Assembly: GCF_001194135.2 (NCBI RefSeq)
Contig: NC_069000.1
Span: forward strand, 6,190,633 to 6,251,890
Length of the DNA stretch: 61,258 nt
Reading direction: 5' to 3'
Source of the DNA: Octopus bimaculoides
Taxonomy: Eukaryota
The notes under the pieces are model-generated. The model had not been told where the DNA came from. It did no database searches and was given only the letters and a program-made list of their open reading frames with translations. The position numbers and the translations under genes were made by a program. Shown here piece after piece: positions 11,573-24,518 of the stretch; position 1 is the first letter of the stretch; the number at the start of each line of letters is the position of its first letter.

Positions 11573-12752
11573 NNNNNNNNNNNNNNNNNNNNNNNNNNNN
11601 NNNNNNNNNNNNNNNNNNNNNNNNNNNNNNNNNNNNNNNNNNNNNNNNNNNNNNNNNNNNNNNNNNNNNNNNNNNNNNNNNNNNNNNNNNNNNNNNNNNN
11701 NNNNNNNNNNNNNNNNNNNNNNNNNNNNNNNNNNNNNNNNNNNNNNNNNNNNNNNNNNNNNNNNNNNNNNNNNNNNNNNNNNNNNNNNNNNNNNNNNNNN
11801 NNNNNNNNNNNNNNNNNNNNNNNNNNNNNNNNNNNNNNNNNNNNNNNNNNNNNNNNNNNNNNNNNNNNNNNNNNNNNNNNNNNNNNNNNNNNNNNNNNNN
11901 NNNNNNNNNNNNNNNNNNNNNNNNNNNNNNNNNNNNNNNNNNNNNNNNNNNNNNNNNNNNNNNNNNNNNNNNNNNNNNNNNNNNNNNNNNNNNNNNNNNN
12001 NNNNNNNNNNNNNNNNNNNNNNNNNNNNNNNNNNNNNNNNNNNNNNNNNNNNNNNNNNNNNNNNNNNNNNNNNNNNNNNNNNNNNNNNNNNNNNNNNNNN
12101 NNNNNNNNNNNNNNNNNNNNNNNNNNNNNNNNNNNNNNNNNNNNNNNNNNNNNNNNNNNNNNNNNNNNNNNNNNNNNNNNNNNNNNNNNNNNNNNNNNNN
12201 NNNNNNNNNNNNNNNNNNNNNNNNNNNNNNNNNNNNNNNNNNNNNNNNNNNNNNNNNNNNNNNNNNNNNNCTCTCTCCCTCTCACATATTCTCTCTCACG
12301 CTCTCTCCGTCACTGTTACTTTCTCTCTCTCTCTCTCTCTCTCTCCCTCTCTCTTTTAATAAACCCTTTCTCTCCCTGACCCACCCCTCTTCTCTCTCTC
12401 TCTCTCTCTCTCGCTTTCTCTCTACTTATGACTGCCTAATTTATTCTGTTTTTCTGTTTTTCCTTCTCATCTCTTCAAAAATTGGTCACAGAATTACTTT
12501 GGATGGCCTCAAATTAAGAATGTCACAACTGCTAACCATTGACTGCTTAAATTAGGTAATGGAACCGCAATAACAAAATAAAACGAATAAAATTAGCGAT
12601 ACAAAATAAATAGCACTTGTGCGAAATAAGTCTCCCACCAAACACGCATACATACATACATACATTTAGTCATACATACATACATACATACATATATACA
12701 TACATACATACATATATACATATATACATACATACATAAGTGTATTTTATAT

Positions 12753-12814
<62 letters not shown>

Positions 12815-12851
12815 GTGTGTGTATATATATATATATAGTTCAAAAAAACAA

Positions 12852-12892
<41 letters not shown>

Positions 12893-13007
12893 GTATGTAT
12901 GTATGTATTTATGTAGGTGTGTATGTATGTATTTATGTGGGTGTGTATGTATGTATATCCTGTAAATAACATTGTGTTTATCTCTTTCATAGGTGATGTT
13001 GCTTTAC

Positions 13008-13039
<32 letters not shown>

Positions 13040-13235
13040 TTNNNNNNNNNNNNNNNNNNNNNNNNNNNNNNNNNNNNNNNNNNNNNNNNNNNNNNNNNNN
13101 NNNNNNNNNNNNNNNNNNNNNNNNNNNNNNNNNNNNTTTTTTTTTTTTTTTGTTAAATTCGAAATCAAAACAGAAACGACCGATAAACCAAGTTATTGTT
13201 ATAGGTCGGAGTATTTCTGTATATTGTTATCGCCA

Positions 13236-13395
13236 AAAGTAAATTGGCGACAAGCTGGTGGAATCGCTAGCGAGTGGAACAAAAAATATATATATACAGA
13301 CATGATGGCGCTCTTTTTTTCAAGATTCTTTACGTTCTGGCTTCAAATTATGGCGAGATTAACTTTGCTTTTCATCCTCGTGGGATTGTAAAATA
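13236..13395 (+). mobile_element. SINE family B, diverged
   Basis: AGCTGGTGGAATCGCTAGC...GGCTTCAAATT...TTAACTTTGCTTTTCATCCT. Confidence 0.65.
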
Positions 13396-13414
13396 ATTCT
13401 TTTTTAAATCAATA

Positions 13415-13648
13415 AAGGCGCAGGCATGGCGGTATGGTAAGAAGCTTGCTTCCCAATCACATGGTTCCGGGTTCAGTTCCACTGCCTGGCACCTTGGGCG
13501 AATGTCTTCTACTATATTCTCAAGCCGACCAAAGCCTTGTGAGTGGATTTGGTAGACGGAAACTGAAAGAAGCCTGTTGTATATATATATTTGTGTGTTT
13601 GTGTCTGTGTTTGTCCCTCCACCGTCGCTTGATAACTGATCTTGATGT
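13415..13648 (+). mobile_element. SINE family A
   Basis: Full head and body, (TA)/(TG) spacer and start of the tail, then the HHR family-1 element. Confidence 0.85.
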
Positions 13649-13788
13649 TACAGTTCTATATTTAAGAGATGAGGAATTATGTACATTACTTACATTATTT
13701 ACATTATTTACATTTGACGATTATTTGTCCTCATCTTGTTTGTTGTTAACACAACGTTTCGGCTGATACACCCTCCGGCCTACATCAG
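13649..13788 (-). mobile_element. HHR family-1 element with degenerate ribozyme (A9>U, stem I lost)
   Basis: Minus strand reads CTGATGT-a-GGCCG...CAGCC-GAAACGTTGTGTT...TAGAACTGTA. It abuts the internal tail of a family-A SINE. Confidence 0.8.
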
Positions 13789-14271
13789 AATGTAAATAAT
13801 GTAAATAATATAAAGAAATGACAACACTAACAATACTGAACATTTGAACAATTAACTGTTTGACCAAAGTGTTTAAACATATGAGTTTGAAAAACTAGTA
13901 AAAAAAAAACGGGCCTACGCTCTTCAATAGAAAGGAATAAGAAAATGAAAAAAAACTTGTAGATTTTTGCGGTCCAGCATGGACATACATATATATATAC
14001 ACGCAAACATATATACATATATGATTCTAAAACTTCCTCTGCTACTTTGAAATAACAGACTGCATTCCTTCGTCGCGATACTGTACTACCGAAGTCTTAA
14101 CTTGAATAGCTGAACTCTCTGGCTTGGAGTCAGCAATCCTATCCTCTATTAGGCATTTGCTCTCTCTCTCCCTCCCTATCTTTCCCTATCTCTTTTTCTC
14201 CCTCTTTTCTTCCCCTTCTCTCTTTCTCTCCCTCTTTCTCTCTCTCACTCTCTCCCGTTTTCCCTGTACAG

Positions 14272-14306
14272 AGGATAACTTATTCAAAGACCATTGCCTT
14301 GAACAG
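14272..14306 (+). other. Putative 35-nt micro-exon
   Basis: About 110-nt CT tract ending CTGTACAG|, with donor CAG|GTTTGT. It reads (E)DNLFKDHCLEQ in phase 1. Confidence 0.25.
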
Positions 14307-15546
14307 GTTTGTCAGTAAACGGAGTAGTTTTAATTGCATTTATGCTTCGTTCTTGTCCGTATTGTTGCTTTCTGGAGACATTAAAGAGGCCAAATTTTCT
14401 GCACAACTATAACTAACTTTGAGGTTATGTTCGTTGAATATCCTGTAATAGTTGCAGTTGGGGAAAAAATACGAAACTGAACAATAAAGTATATGTCTGC
14501 GCGCGCGTACGTGTGTGTGTGTGTGTGTTTGAATAAGTGATTGCATGTACAAGTGTGTATGCGAATGAGTGAGCACGTGTGTGCATGTGTGTGCAAAAGT
14601 GTATGTAACTGAGCGAGTGCGTGTGTGTGTGTGTGCGTGTTTATATACGAGCGATTGTATAAGTATACAGTTGTATGTATCAAATGGAATATCTGGACAG
14701 TTAAGAGCTCTGTTGAGATGAAATATAGTCTTTACACATGAGGAATTACCATTTCAGCAGAGAAAATAGAGAAACTCTAGAAAGAATGAACAAAGAAAAG
14801 AGAAAACATGTAAAATATTCTATAAAGAAAATAATTCCACAAAAAAATGGATAAGTAGCAGAAGAGCAAATACAACAGGTTTATGTCATTATATATATAT
14901 ATATATATATNNNNNNNNNNNNNNNNNNNNNNNNNNNNNNNNNNNNNNNNNNNNNNNNNNNNNNNNNNNNNNNNNNNNNNNNNNNNNNNNNNNNNNNNNN
15001 NNNNNNNNNNNNNNNNNNNNNNNNNNNNNNNNNNNNNNNNNNNNNNNNNNNNNNNNNNNNNNNNNNNNNNNNNNNNNNNNNNNNNNNNNNNNNNNNNNNN
15101 NNNNNNNNNNNNNNNNNNNNNNNNNNNNNNNNNNNNNNNNNNNNNNNNNNNNNNNNNNNNNNNNNNNNNNNNNNNNNNNNNNNNNNNNNNNNNNNNNNNN
15201 NNNNNNNNNNNNNNNNNNNNNNNNNNNNNNNNNNNNNNNNNNNNNNNNNNNNNNNNNNNNNNNNNNNNNNNNNNNNNNNNNNNNNNNNNNNNNNNNNNNN
15301 NNNNNNNNNNNNNNNNNNNNNNNNNNNNNNNNNNNNNNNNNNNNNNNNNNNNNNNNNNNNNNNNNNNNNNNNNNNNNNNNNNNNNNNNNNNNNNNNNNNN
15401 NNNNNNNNNNNNNNNNNNNNNNNNNNNNNNNNNNNNNNNNNNNNNNNNNNNNNNNNNNNNNNNNNNNNNNNNNNNNNNNNNNNNNNNNNNNNNNNNNNNN
15501 NNNNNNNNNNNNNNNNNNNNNNNNNNNNNNNNNNNNNNNGTATGTC

Positions 15547-15610
<64 letters not shown>

Positions 15611-15737
15611 CTTACACATATATGTGTATCCATATAGTCAGAAATTGAATTGTATGTACTATGTATGTATATATGTATGTATATATATATATATGTGTGT
15701 GTGTGTGCATGTCTCTGTGTGTGTATGTGTGTGTGTG

Positions 15738-15783
<46 letters not shown>

Positions 15784-15909
15784 CGCGCGCGCTGCGTATA
15801 TATATATATACATACACAGATGCATTCGTGTCTCCATAAAGAAAGACAGTAATTGATCTAAGGAGAGAGGGGATGAGAGGGAGACAGACAGACAGACAGA
15901 CAGACAGAT

Positions 15910-15960
<51 letters not shown>

Positions 15961-16428
15961 CAGATATTAATCGACAGAGTGAGAGAGAGCGAGAGAGAGA
16001 GAGTGAGAGAGAGAGCAAGACAGAGAGAGAAATACGAACCGAATGAAAGAACACAAGACTAGATAAGATCAAATTTAAAAGCAAGAATTGGAGGAAGTTG
16101 GTTTTCTTTTCCGTTCTTTCTCTCCTTGGATTTTTGAGGGTTTCTTTGTTCTACTTTTAATCGTTTAGTACGATGATGGTGTTAAATGGTTTGGAAAGGA
16201 AAAAAACGAACACATATGCAGCAAGAAGAAGGGAAAAGACAAAACAATTTGATGTGTGTATAGAATGCGATATAAGAGTGTATGTATAGAGCATATATAT
16301 GCGTATGAAAGTTGATGTATGTATGTATGTATATATATATATATATATATATATAGTGTGTGTGTCAGAATCAGATAGATAAATACATTGACAGATAGAT
16401 CGATACACATAAGTAGACAGATAGACAA

Positions 16429-16503
<75 letters not shown>

Positions 16504-16524
16504 TAGACAGACAGACAGACAGAC

Positions 16525-16583
<59 letters not shown>

Positions 16584-17623
16584 NNNNNNNNNNNNNNNNN
16601 NNNNNNNNNNNNNNNNNNNNNNNNNNNNNNNNNNNNNNNNNNNNNNNNNNNNNNNNNNNNNNNNNNNNNNNNNNNNNNNNNNNNNNNNNNNNNNNNNNNN
16701 NNNNNNNNNNNNNNNNNNNNNNNNNNNNNNNNNNNNNNNNNNNNNNNNNNNNNNNNNNNNNNNNNNNNNNNNNNNNNNNNNNNNNNNNNNNNNNNNNNNN
16801 NNNNNNNNNNNNNNNNNNNNNNNNNNNNNNNNNNNNNNNNNNNNNNNNNNNNNNNNNNNNNNNNNNNNNNNNNNNNNNNNNNNNNNNNNNNNNNNNNNNN
16901 NNNNNNNNNNNNNNNNNNNNNNNNNNNNNNNNNNNNNNNNNNNNNNNNNNNNNNNNNNNNNNNNNNNNNNNNNNNNNNNNNNNNNNNNNNNNNNNNNNNN
17001 NNNNNNNNNNNNNNNNNNNNNNNNNNNNNNNNNNNNNNNNNNNNNNNNNNNNNNNNNNNNNNNNNNNNNNNNNNNNNNNNNNNNNNNNNNNNNNNNNNNN
17101 NNNNNNNNNNNNNNNNNNNNNNNNNNNNNNNNNNNNNNNNNNNNNNNNNNNNNNNNNNNNNNNNNNNNNNNNNNNNNNNNNNNNNNNNNNNNNNNNNNNN
17201 NNNNNNNNNNNNNNNNNNNNNNNNNNNNNNNNNNNNNNNNNNNNNNNNNNNNNNNNNNNNNNNNNNNNNNNNNNNNNNNNNNNNNNNNNNNNNNNNNNNN
17301 NNNNNNNNNNNNNNNNNNNNNNNNNNNNNNNNNNNNNNNNNNNNNNNNNNNNNNNNNNNNNNNNNNNNNNNNNNNNNNNNNNNNNNNNNNNNNNNNNNNN
17401 NNNNNNNNNNNNNNNNNNNNNNNNNNNNNNNNNNNNNNNNNNNNNNNNNNNNNNNNNNNNNNNNNNNNNNNNNNNNNNNNNNNNNNNNNNNNNNNNNNNN
17501 NNNNNNNNNNNNNNNNNNNNNNNNNNNNNNNNNNNNNNNNNNNNNNNNNNNNNNNNNNNNNNNNNNNNNNNNNNNNNNNNNTATATATATATATATACAC
17601 ACACACACTCACACAAGTATAGT

Positions 17624-17700
17624 CGCAGGAGTGGCTGTTTGGTAAGTAGCTTTCTTACCAACCACATGGTTCGGAGTTCAGTCCCACTGCGTGGCACCTG
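17624..17700 (+). mobile_element. SINE family A head
   Basis: GCAGGAGTGGCTGTTTGG...GAGTTCAGTCCCACTGCGTGGCACC. Confidence 0.75.
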
Positions 17701-18235
17701 GAATGTCGTCAGGTTATCAGGTTCTAGCAAATGGGCGATGAGGTCGGTGGAAGTTCTAGCTAGTCTATTTCGGAGGACTTCCGGTTGTGTGGTGGACGAG
17801 GCCGGAAGTTTAAGGAAAGGCACTTTCCTCTTCGGTCAAGTCCACTCAGAAAAGTAGAAGAAGAATATGGAGACGGAAGTGCTACGTTCCAGTGAATTTG
17901 TTAAAAGATGAGTGACTACGGCAAAAATGGTTAGGGTGAAGGGTCCTACGCTGAGCATGCGCCTGTAGATTAGAGAACAGTTGCGAGAGAGCTTGTGCTT
18001 TTTTTGGTGGGGTTCTTTGATTGGCCCTAATTTATGCAGTCCTCCTGTGTCAGGACTGCACCATTCATTCTATCGCGTACTTTGCATACTGTCCCTTTAT
18101 ATATATATGTCCCTTTATCGCAGTTCACCGTCTTTGGCTGTCCTCGTTGAGGTCTCTCTCATCTGTACACCTGTAGCCAATAAACGAAATCATCATCATC
18201 GTATAATCATCATCATCATCATCATTACCACTAAA

Positions 18236-18321
18236 AAGGCGGTGAGCTGGCAGAAACGTTAGCACGCCGGGCGAAATGCTCAGCGGCCTTTCATCCGTCC
18301 TTACGTTCAAATATCGTCGAG

Positions 18322-18322
<1 letters not shown>
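18236..18322 (+). mobile_element. SINE family B head
   Basis: AAGGCGGTGAGCTGGCAGAAACGTTAGCACGCCGGGCGAAATGC. Confidence 0.8.
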
Positions 18323-18362
<40 letters not shown>

Positions 18363-19328
18363 CCACGCGGCTGTGGTGCTGTTGGCGGAGGTGGTAGTTG
18401 AGGCAACAGTTCCGGTGGTAGAGGAGGCGGCGGCAGTAGTGGTGGTGTTAATNNNNNNNNNNNNNNNNNNNNNNNNNNNNNNNNNNNNNNNNNNNNNNNN
18501 NNNNNNNNNNNNNNNNNNNNNNNNNNNNNNNNNNNNNNNNNNNNNNNNNNNNNNNNNNNNNNNNNNNNNNNNNNNNNNNNNNNNNNNNNNNNNNNNNNNN
18601 NNNNNNNNNNNNNNNNNNNNNNNNNNNNNNNNNNNNNNNNNNNNNNNNNNNNNNNNNNNNNNNNNNNNNNNNNNNNNNNNNNNNNNNNNNNNNNNNNNNN
18701 NNNNNNNNNNNNNNNNNNNNNNNNNNNNNNNNNNNNNNNNNNNNNNNNNNNNNNNNNNNNNNNNNNNNNNNNNNNNNNNNNNNNNNNNNNNNNNNNNNNN
18801 NNNNNNNNNNNNNNNNNNNNNNNNNNNNNNNNNNNNNNNNNNNNNNNNNNNNNNNNNNNNNNNNNNNNNNNNNNNNNNNNNNNNNNNNNNNNNNNNNNNN
18901 NNNNNNNNNNNNNNNNNNNNNNNNNNNNNNNNNNNNNNNNNNNNNNNNNNNNNNNNNNNNNNNNNNNNNNNNNNNNNNNNNNNNNNNNNNNNNNNNNNNN
19001 NNNNNNNNNNNNNNNNNNNNNNNNNNNNNNNNNNNNNNNNNNNNNNNNNNNNNNNNNNNNNNNNNNNNNNNNNNNNNNNNNNNNNNNNNNNNNNNNNNNN
19101 NNNNNNNNNNNNNNNNNNNNNNNNNNNNNNNNNNNNNNNNNNNNNNNNNNNNNNNNNNNNNNNNNNNNNNNNNNNNNNNNNNNNNNNNNNNNNNNNNNNN
19201 NNNNNNNNNNNNNNNNNNNNNNNNNNNNNNNNNNNNNNNNNNNNNNNNNNNNNNNNNNNNNNNNNNTATATATATATATATGCATACACACACACACACA
19301 CACACTCACACACACACACATATATATA

Positions 19329-19494
19329 TACGACGGGCTTCTTTCAGTTTCCGTCTACCAAATCCACTCACAAGGCTTTGGTCAGCCCGAGGCTATAGCA
19401 GAAGATATTTGCCCAAGGTGCCACGCTGTGGGACTGAACCCGGAACCATGTGGTTCGTAACCAAGCTACTTACCACACACCCACTCCTGCGCCT
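19329..19494 (-). mobile_element. SINE family A
   Basis: Close match to 2330-2496. Confidence 0.85.
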
Positions 19495-19788
19495 ATATAT
19501 ACATACATACTTACATACATATCCATTGATTACATATATATTCATTAATTAAAAATCTTTGGCTCATCATGGTCATTTTAGAAGCTTTTCTTGACATTCT
19601 TTGGTTAGGAATCTTTGATTAAGAATTTGGGGTTGAGAATCTGCGACTGAAAACTGTCACACTTTGCCATTTGTGTCACTTTTAAACATTTTCACGATAA
19701 AATCAGTTTTTGACCGTGACATATAAGAGATATGCCAGATTTTAAAAGGGCACAAAATGATGGGGGTGGATGTGATCAAAGTAGTGAT

Positions 19789-19836
<48 letters not shown>

Positions 19837-20060
19837 ATGGTGGTGGGTTTTGCTAATGATCATTGTCATTACCATGATATGTTGATGATAATGACGATGA
19901 TGATGATGATGATCCCGATCATGGCCATCGCGTTGACCACGAGGGTCCGAAACATTGAGGACGAAATGCAATTTGCAAAAAGCTTGGGCTTACATCGATC
20001 GAAAGGAAACCAACAAAATGAAACCGTATTCCAACAAAAATAATCGTTTTTGCTATAGGT

Positions 20061-20468
20061 ACAAGGATAGAAATTTTAGGGGGGAGGAAGACATTCGATT
20101 ATATCGACCCCAATACTCAACTGGCTTTTATTTTATTGACCCCGAAAGGATGAAACGTAAAATCAACCTCGGCGAAATTTGAACTCAAAGACAAACGAAA
20201 TGCTGCTAAGTATTTTGCCTTGAGCCATAACGATTCTGCCACCTTGCATCCCTTGTGATATTGATTAGGCTCAAGGCCCGAAATTTTGGGAAAGGGGACT
20301 AGTCAATTAGGTCGATCTCAGTACGCAACTGGTACTCAATTTATCGACCCCGAAAGGAGGAAAGACAAAGTCGACCTCGGCGGAATTTGAACTCAGAACG
20401 TAAAGACAGACGAAATACCGCTGAGCATTTTGCCCAGCGTGCTAACGATTCTGCCAGCTCTCCGCCTT
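20061..20468 (-). mobile_element. Two tandem SINE family B copies
   Basis: Copies at 20061-20245 and 20268-20468. Confidence 0.85.
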
Positions 20469-22039
20469 AATAGCAACAACAACAGTAGTAGTAGTAGTAG
20501 TAGTAGTAACAACAGCAATGATAATAATAATAATAATAATAATAATAATAGCGATTTATTTTTATTTTTTAACAGCCACATCAATGACAACAACTACACC
20601 ATCAGCAGCAACGGTTCTAATAGTTGGGTGTGTAGCGGTCCCCGCCCCAGTTGATAACTAAGTAAATGTGAAATTGTTCCTCGTCTGATGTCCGCCAGTT
20701 AACTTTAGAAATATGTCGACACCAACCTCTTAAACCAGATATCATGGATAGAAATATTTCACTAGATTTAGAACACATGATCAAGGAAAATTAAATGAAA
20801 AGGGCATTTGAAAAAAAAGAATATTTTAGAAGGTCGAAACTGGGTTTTTTTAAGCAATTTAAATAGGGAGAAAAATAAAACAAAATTATAGCAATTAACA
20901 CGTGGGTTGTTGTGACGATGTGGTGCAGAAATTGGATTATTAAATGAATAAAGAGGATGGTTTTTCAAAAGATGAAAGAGAATGACATACATGGAGGCCC
21001 CGTATAGAATGTAAGCGAAACAACCTTCGTCGGTCGGTTGGTTGGTTGCTTGCTTGGTTGGCAAATGACAGTGGTGAACCTTGGCTGATGGAACTAAAAC
21101 AATGCGACATTTTACAGATTAAGAAGAATAATTTTAAATTAAGAATGGGAGACGTGGAATAGGAAAAATTACAGCGAGATGTCACTCACAAACGAGTTTG
21201 GCTTCAAAATATGTATCATGCTTTTGTTAATTGTTTCACATAGTTATGTAATAACGAGCAGATTTATGAAGGTGTGTGTATATGTATATATATATGTATA
21301 TATATATATACACTCACACATACATATACATAGTGACATGAATACATACAAGCACACATAAACATACATATATATGTATATACATACATATATATACACA
21401 TATATGTATGTATATATTCATATACACACATACACTCACACAAATATATATATATATATAGTTATCAACACATTGTATGTACATTTTGTGCGTGCGTGTG
21501 CATACATACATACATACATTATATGTGCATGTATACATATATACATACACGCATGCATACATACATACAATGTGACTCGGCGCGTAAAACCGAATTAACA
21601 GTGAGTCCCTTGGGGATCGTAACAAGTAAAATGTGAGACAGGGAAAGGGTTGAAGTGACATCAATAACAGCAAGTATCTTGGGAGCAGTAGCAACTAAAA
21701 CGTGGGCCCGCCAAATGTTGAAACCATACGAGTAGCAATGGGGAGCTTCGAGAGAGTGGCAACTAAAATGGAGAAGAACATGACAGAGGTTGAACCTACA
21801 GCCAAAGCAATGGAATTCGTAACCACTAAAATAAAAATTTACCAATTACGAAAATTTGGGATTGAGATACATAATGGAACCTCTTCAAAAGAGGGGAATA
21901 TTACTAATGGCTCCGTGTCAATGGATTTTAAAATAAAATGAGTGACAAAGAGAAAATTTTGAAGAATTCCCAGCCATGCGTATACGACTCGCTCTTTCAG
22001 TGTTAAGAGTCGACAATAATAATATTCTTTTCTACTCTG

Positions 22040-22378
22040 GGCACAAGGCCCGAAATTTTGGGGGAGGGGGCCTGTCGATTAGATCGACCCCTGTACGCAA
22101 CTGGTGCTTAATTTATCGACCCCGAAAGGATGAAAGGCAAAGTCGACCTCGGCGGAATTTGAACTCAGAACGTAAACAGACGAAATACCGCTAAGCATTT
22201 CGCCGGACGTGCTAACGATTAGAGCGACCCCAGTACGCAACTGGTACTTAATTTATCGACCCTGAATGGATGAAAAGCAAAGTCGACCTCGACGGAATTT
22301 GAACTCTGAACGCAAAGACGTACGAAATGCCGCTAAGCATTTTGCCCGGAGCGCTAACGATTCTGCCAGCTAGCTGCC

Positions 22379-22380
<2 letters not shown>
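22040..22380 (-). mobile_element. Two tandem SINE family B copies
   Basis: Copies at 22040-22220 and 22224-22380. Confidence 0.85.
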
Positions 22381-22448
<68 letters not shown>

Positions 22449-22944
22449 TTAAGAGCAACAACAATACCGCCTGTTATGACGACGACGGCGACGATGACTC
22501 TAATAGTTGGGTGTGTACAGTGATAGTATTACCCCCGCCTCCCTCCCTCGGTTGGTAACAATCTAAATGTGAAATTGTTCCTCGACTGAAGTCCGATGGT
22601 TAACTTTAGAAATATGCTGACACCAGCCTCTTAAACCAGATATCGTTTTGATCTGCGCTAAAGATTAATGTCAAACAATGGCATTACCATTTTATTGTTT
22701 CGCCATATATTTACTGTTTGTTTTATTATTATTTTATATCGCAATTAGTGAACGATAGCGGCGCTGGCAATGGATTACTGACGACCTAACAATCAGTAAT
22801 TGAGTGCCAAGCAGGCTAGAGTGAGAGTGAGAGTGCGATGGGGAGAGTGTGTGTCACTCGATGCGGAACAAATATGTCGTGGGACGTTGAACGTAGAACA
22901 CCGGCATTACTGGCTTACTTGCAAACGTTCATATCTGCACATAC

Positions 22945-22982
<38 letters not shown>

Positions 22983-23118
22983 GTACCTATATTTGTAGAT
23001 TTGTATTTATGTATTTGTTGTATACATATATGTATATCTGTATTTGTGTATATGCATGTGTATATGCAAGATAAAAATTATTGTTTTAAGCTTAAGAATA
23101 ACAATAGTTTCAAATTTT

Positions 23119-23318
23119 TGGCACAAGGCCAGCAGTTTCGAAGGAGGGGCTAAGTTGATTACATTGTCCCCCATTACTTAACTGGTACTTATTTTATCGA
23201 CCCCGAAAGGGATGAAAGACACAGTGGAGCCCGGCAGAATTTCAACTCGGAACGTACAGGCAAACGAAATGCCTTTAAGCTTTTTACCCGGCGTGCTAAC
23301 GATTCTACCAGCTCACTT
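23119..23318 (-). mobile_element. SINE family B
   Basis: GGCACAAGGCCAGC...GGTACTTATTTTATCGACCCCGAAAGG...ACGATTCTACCAGCTC. Confidence 0.85.
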
Positions 23319-23917
23319 AGACTTCAGCATAATAATACTCCATTTTACGTTTCGGACGTAAATTCTTCATCGGAAGGAAAAACAAAAGAAAAGAAAGAAT
23401 ATAGAAAGAAAACAAACACGCAAAGCTATATATGAATGCAAAATATAATTGTACACGTATACACACATATATATATATCCATGTATCAATGCTTGTGTCT
23501 AAGACTGGATGAACATCTCATTTATTTACACACATATAAGTATATATACATACATACATGTATCTGTGCACGAATTTGTGTGCATGTATGTATATACATA
23601 TATATATATCCATGTATCAATGCTTGTGTCTAAGACTGGATGAACATCTCATTTATTTACACACATATAAGTATATATACATACANNNNNNNNNNACACA
23701 TACAAATGTATATATGTCTATCAATGATTGTAGACAGTAGTTTTTATCTTGTGTGTTGTTCAGTGAAACTTTGTAAATAATTGATGCATGATAAAAGGTT
23801 ATCATCACACATGGACTTTTAGGATTTCAGACTTCTTACGGAATAAATTATTCAAGAAATCCTCTCAAATTCTATTCACGGTACTGTTTCTATTATTTTT
23901 TTTTCCACAATCGATTA

Positions 23918-23959
<42 letters not shown>

Positions 23960-24456
23960 CCACATACACATTCACGCACATCTATATTTTCAAATGCATT
24001 CTTGCATATATACATAGATACATAAATACATTCGTACATACATTTACAAATACGTGCATAAATAAGTACGTACGTACATATGTGTATATATATATTTGTG
24101 TGTGTGTGTGTGTGTGTGTTTGTGTGTGTGTGCATGTATCTAAGTATGTATGTATATACATATATATATACATATATATATATGTGTATGTATATGTATA
24201 TATATATACGCGTGAAGGCATACATATATAAGTAAAAGCTTTCATACACATATTAATGCATGCATAAATATATACATGTGTACATTTATATATACGTTCA
24301 TTCATACATACCTATACATATATATACATACAGACAGACAGTCACACACACACACACATATATATATGTATGTATGTATATGTATATACAGAGAAACATA
24401 CATATGCATAGATACACACATATGTATACAGTAATAGGTAGATGTATATATATGTA

Positions 24457-24518
<62 letters not shown>

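Noticed and set aside
13415-13495. tRNA-like A and B boxes as tRNA genes
   Set aside because: They continue into SINE bodies and no complete cloverleaf was seen.
23455-23695. Exact tandem duplication ending at a 10-N gap
   Set aside because: Probably unmerged contig overlap. The same pattern occurs at 34370-34420, 38144-38370 and 48722-48845.
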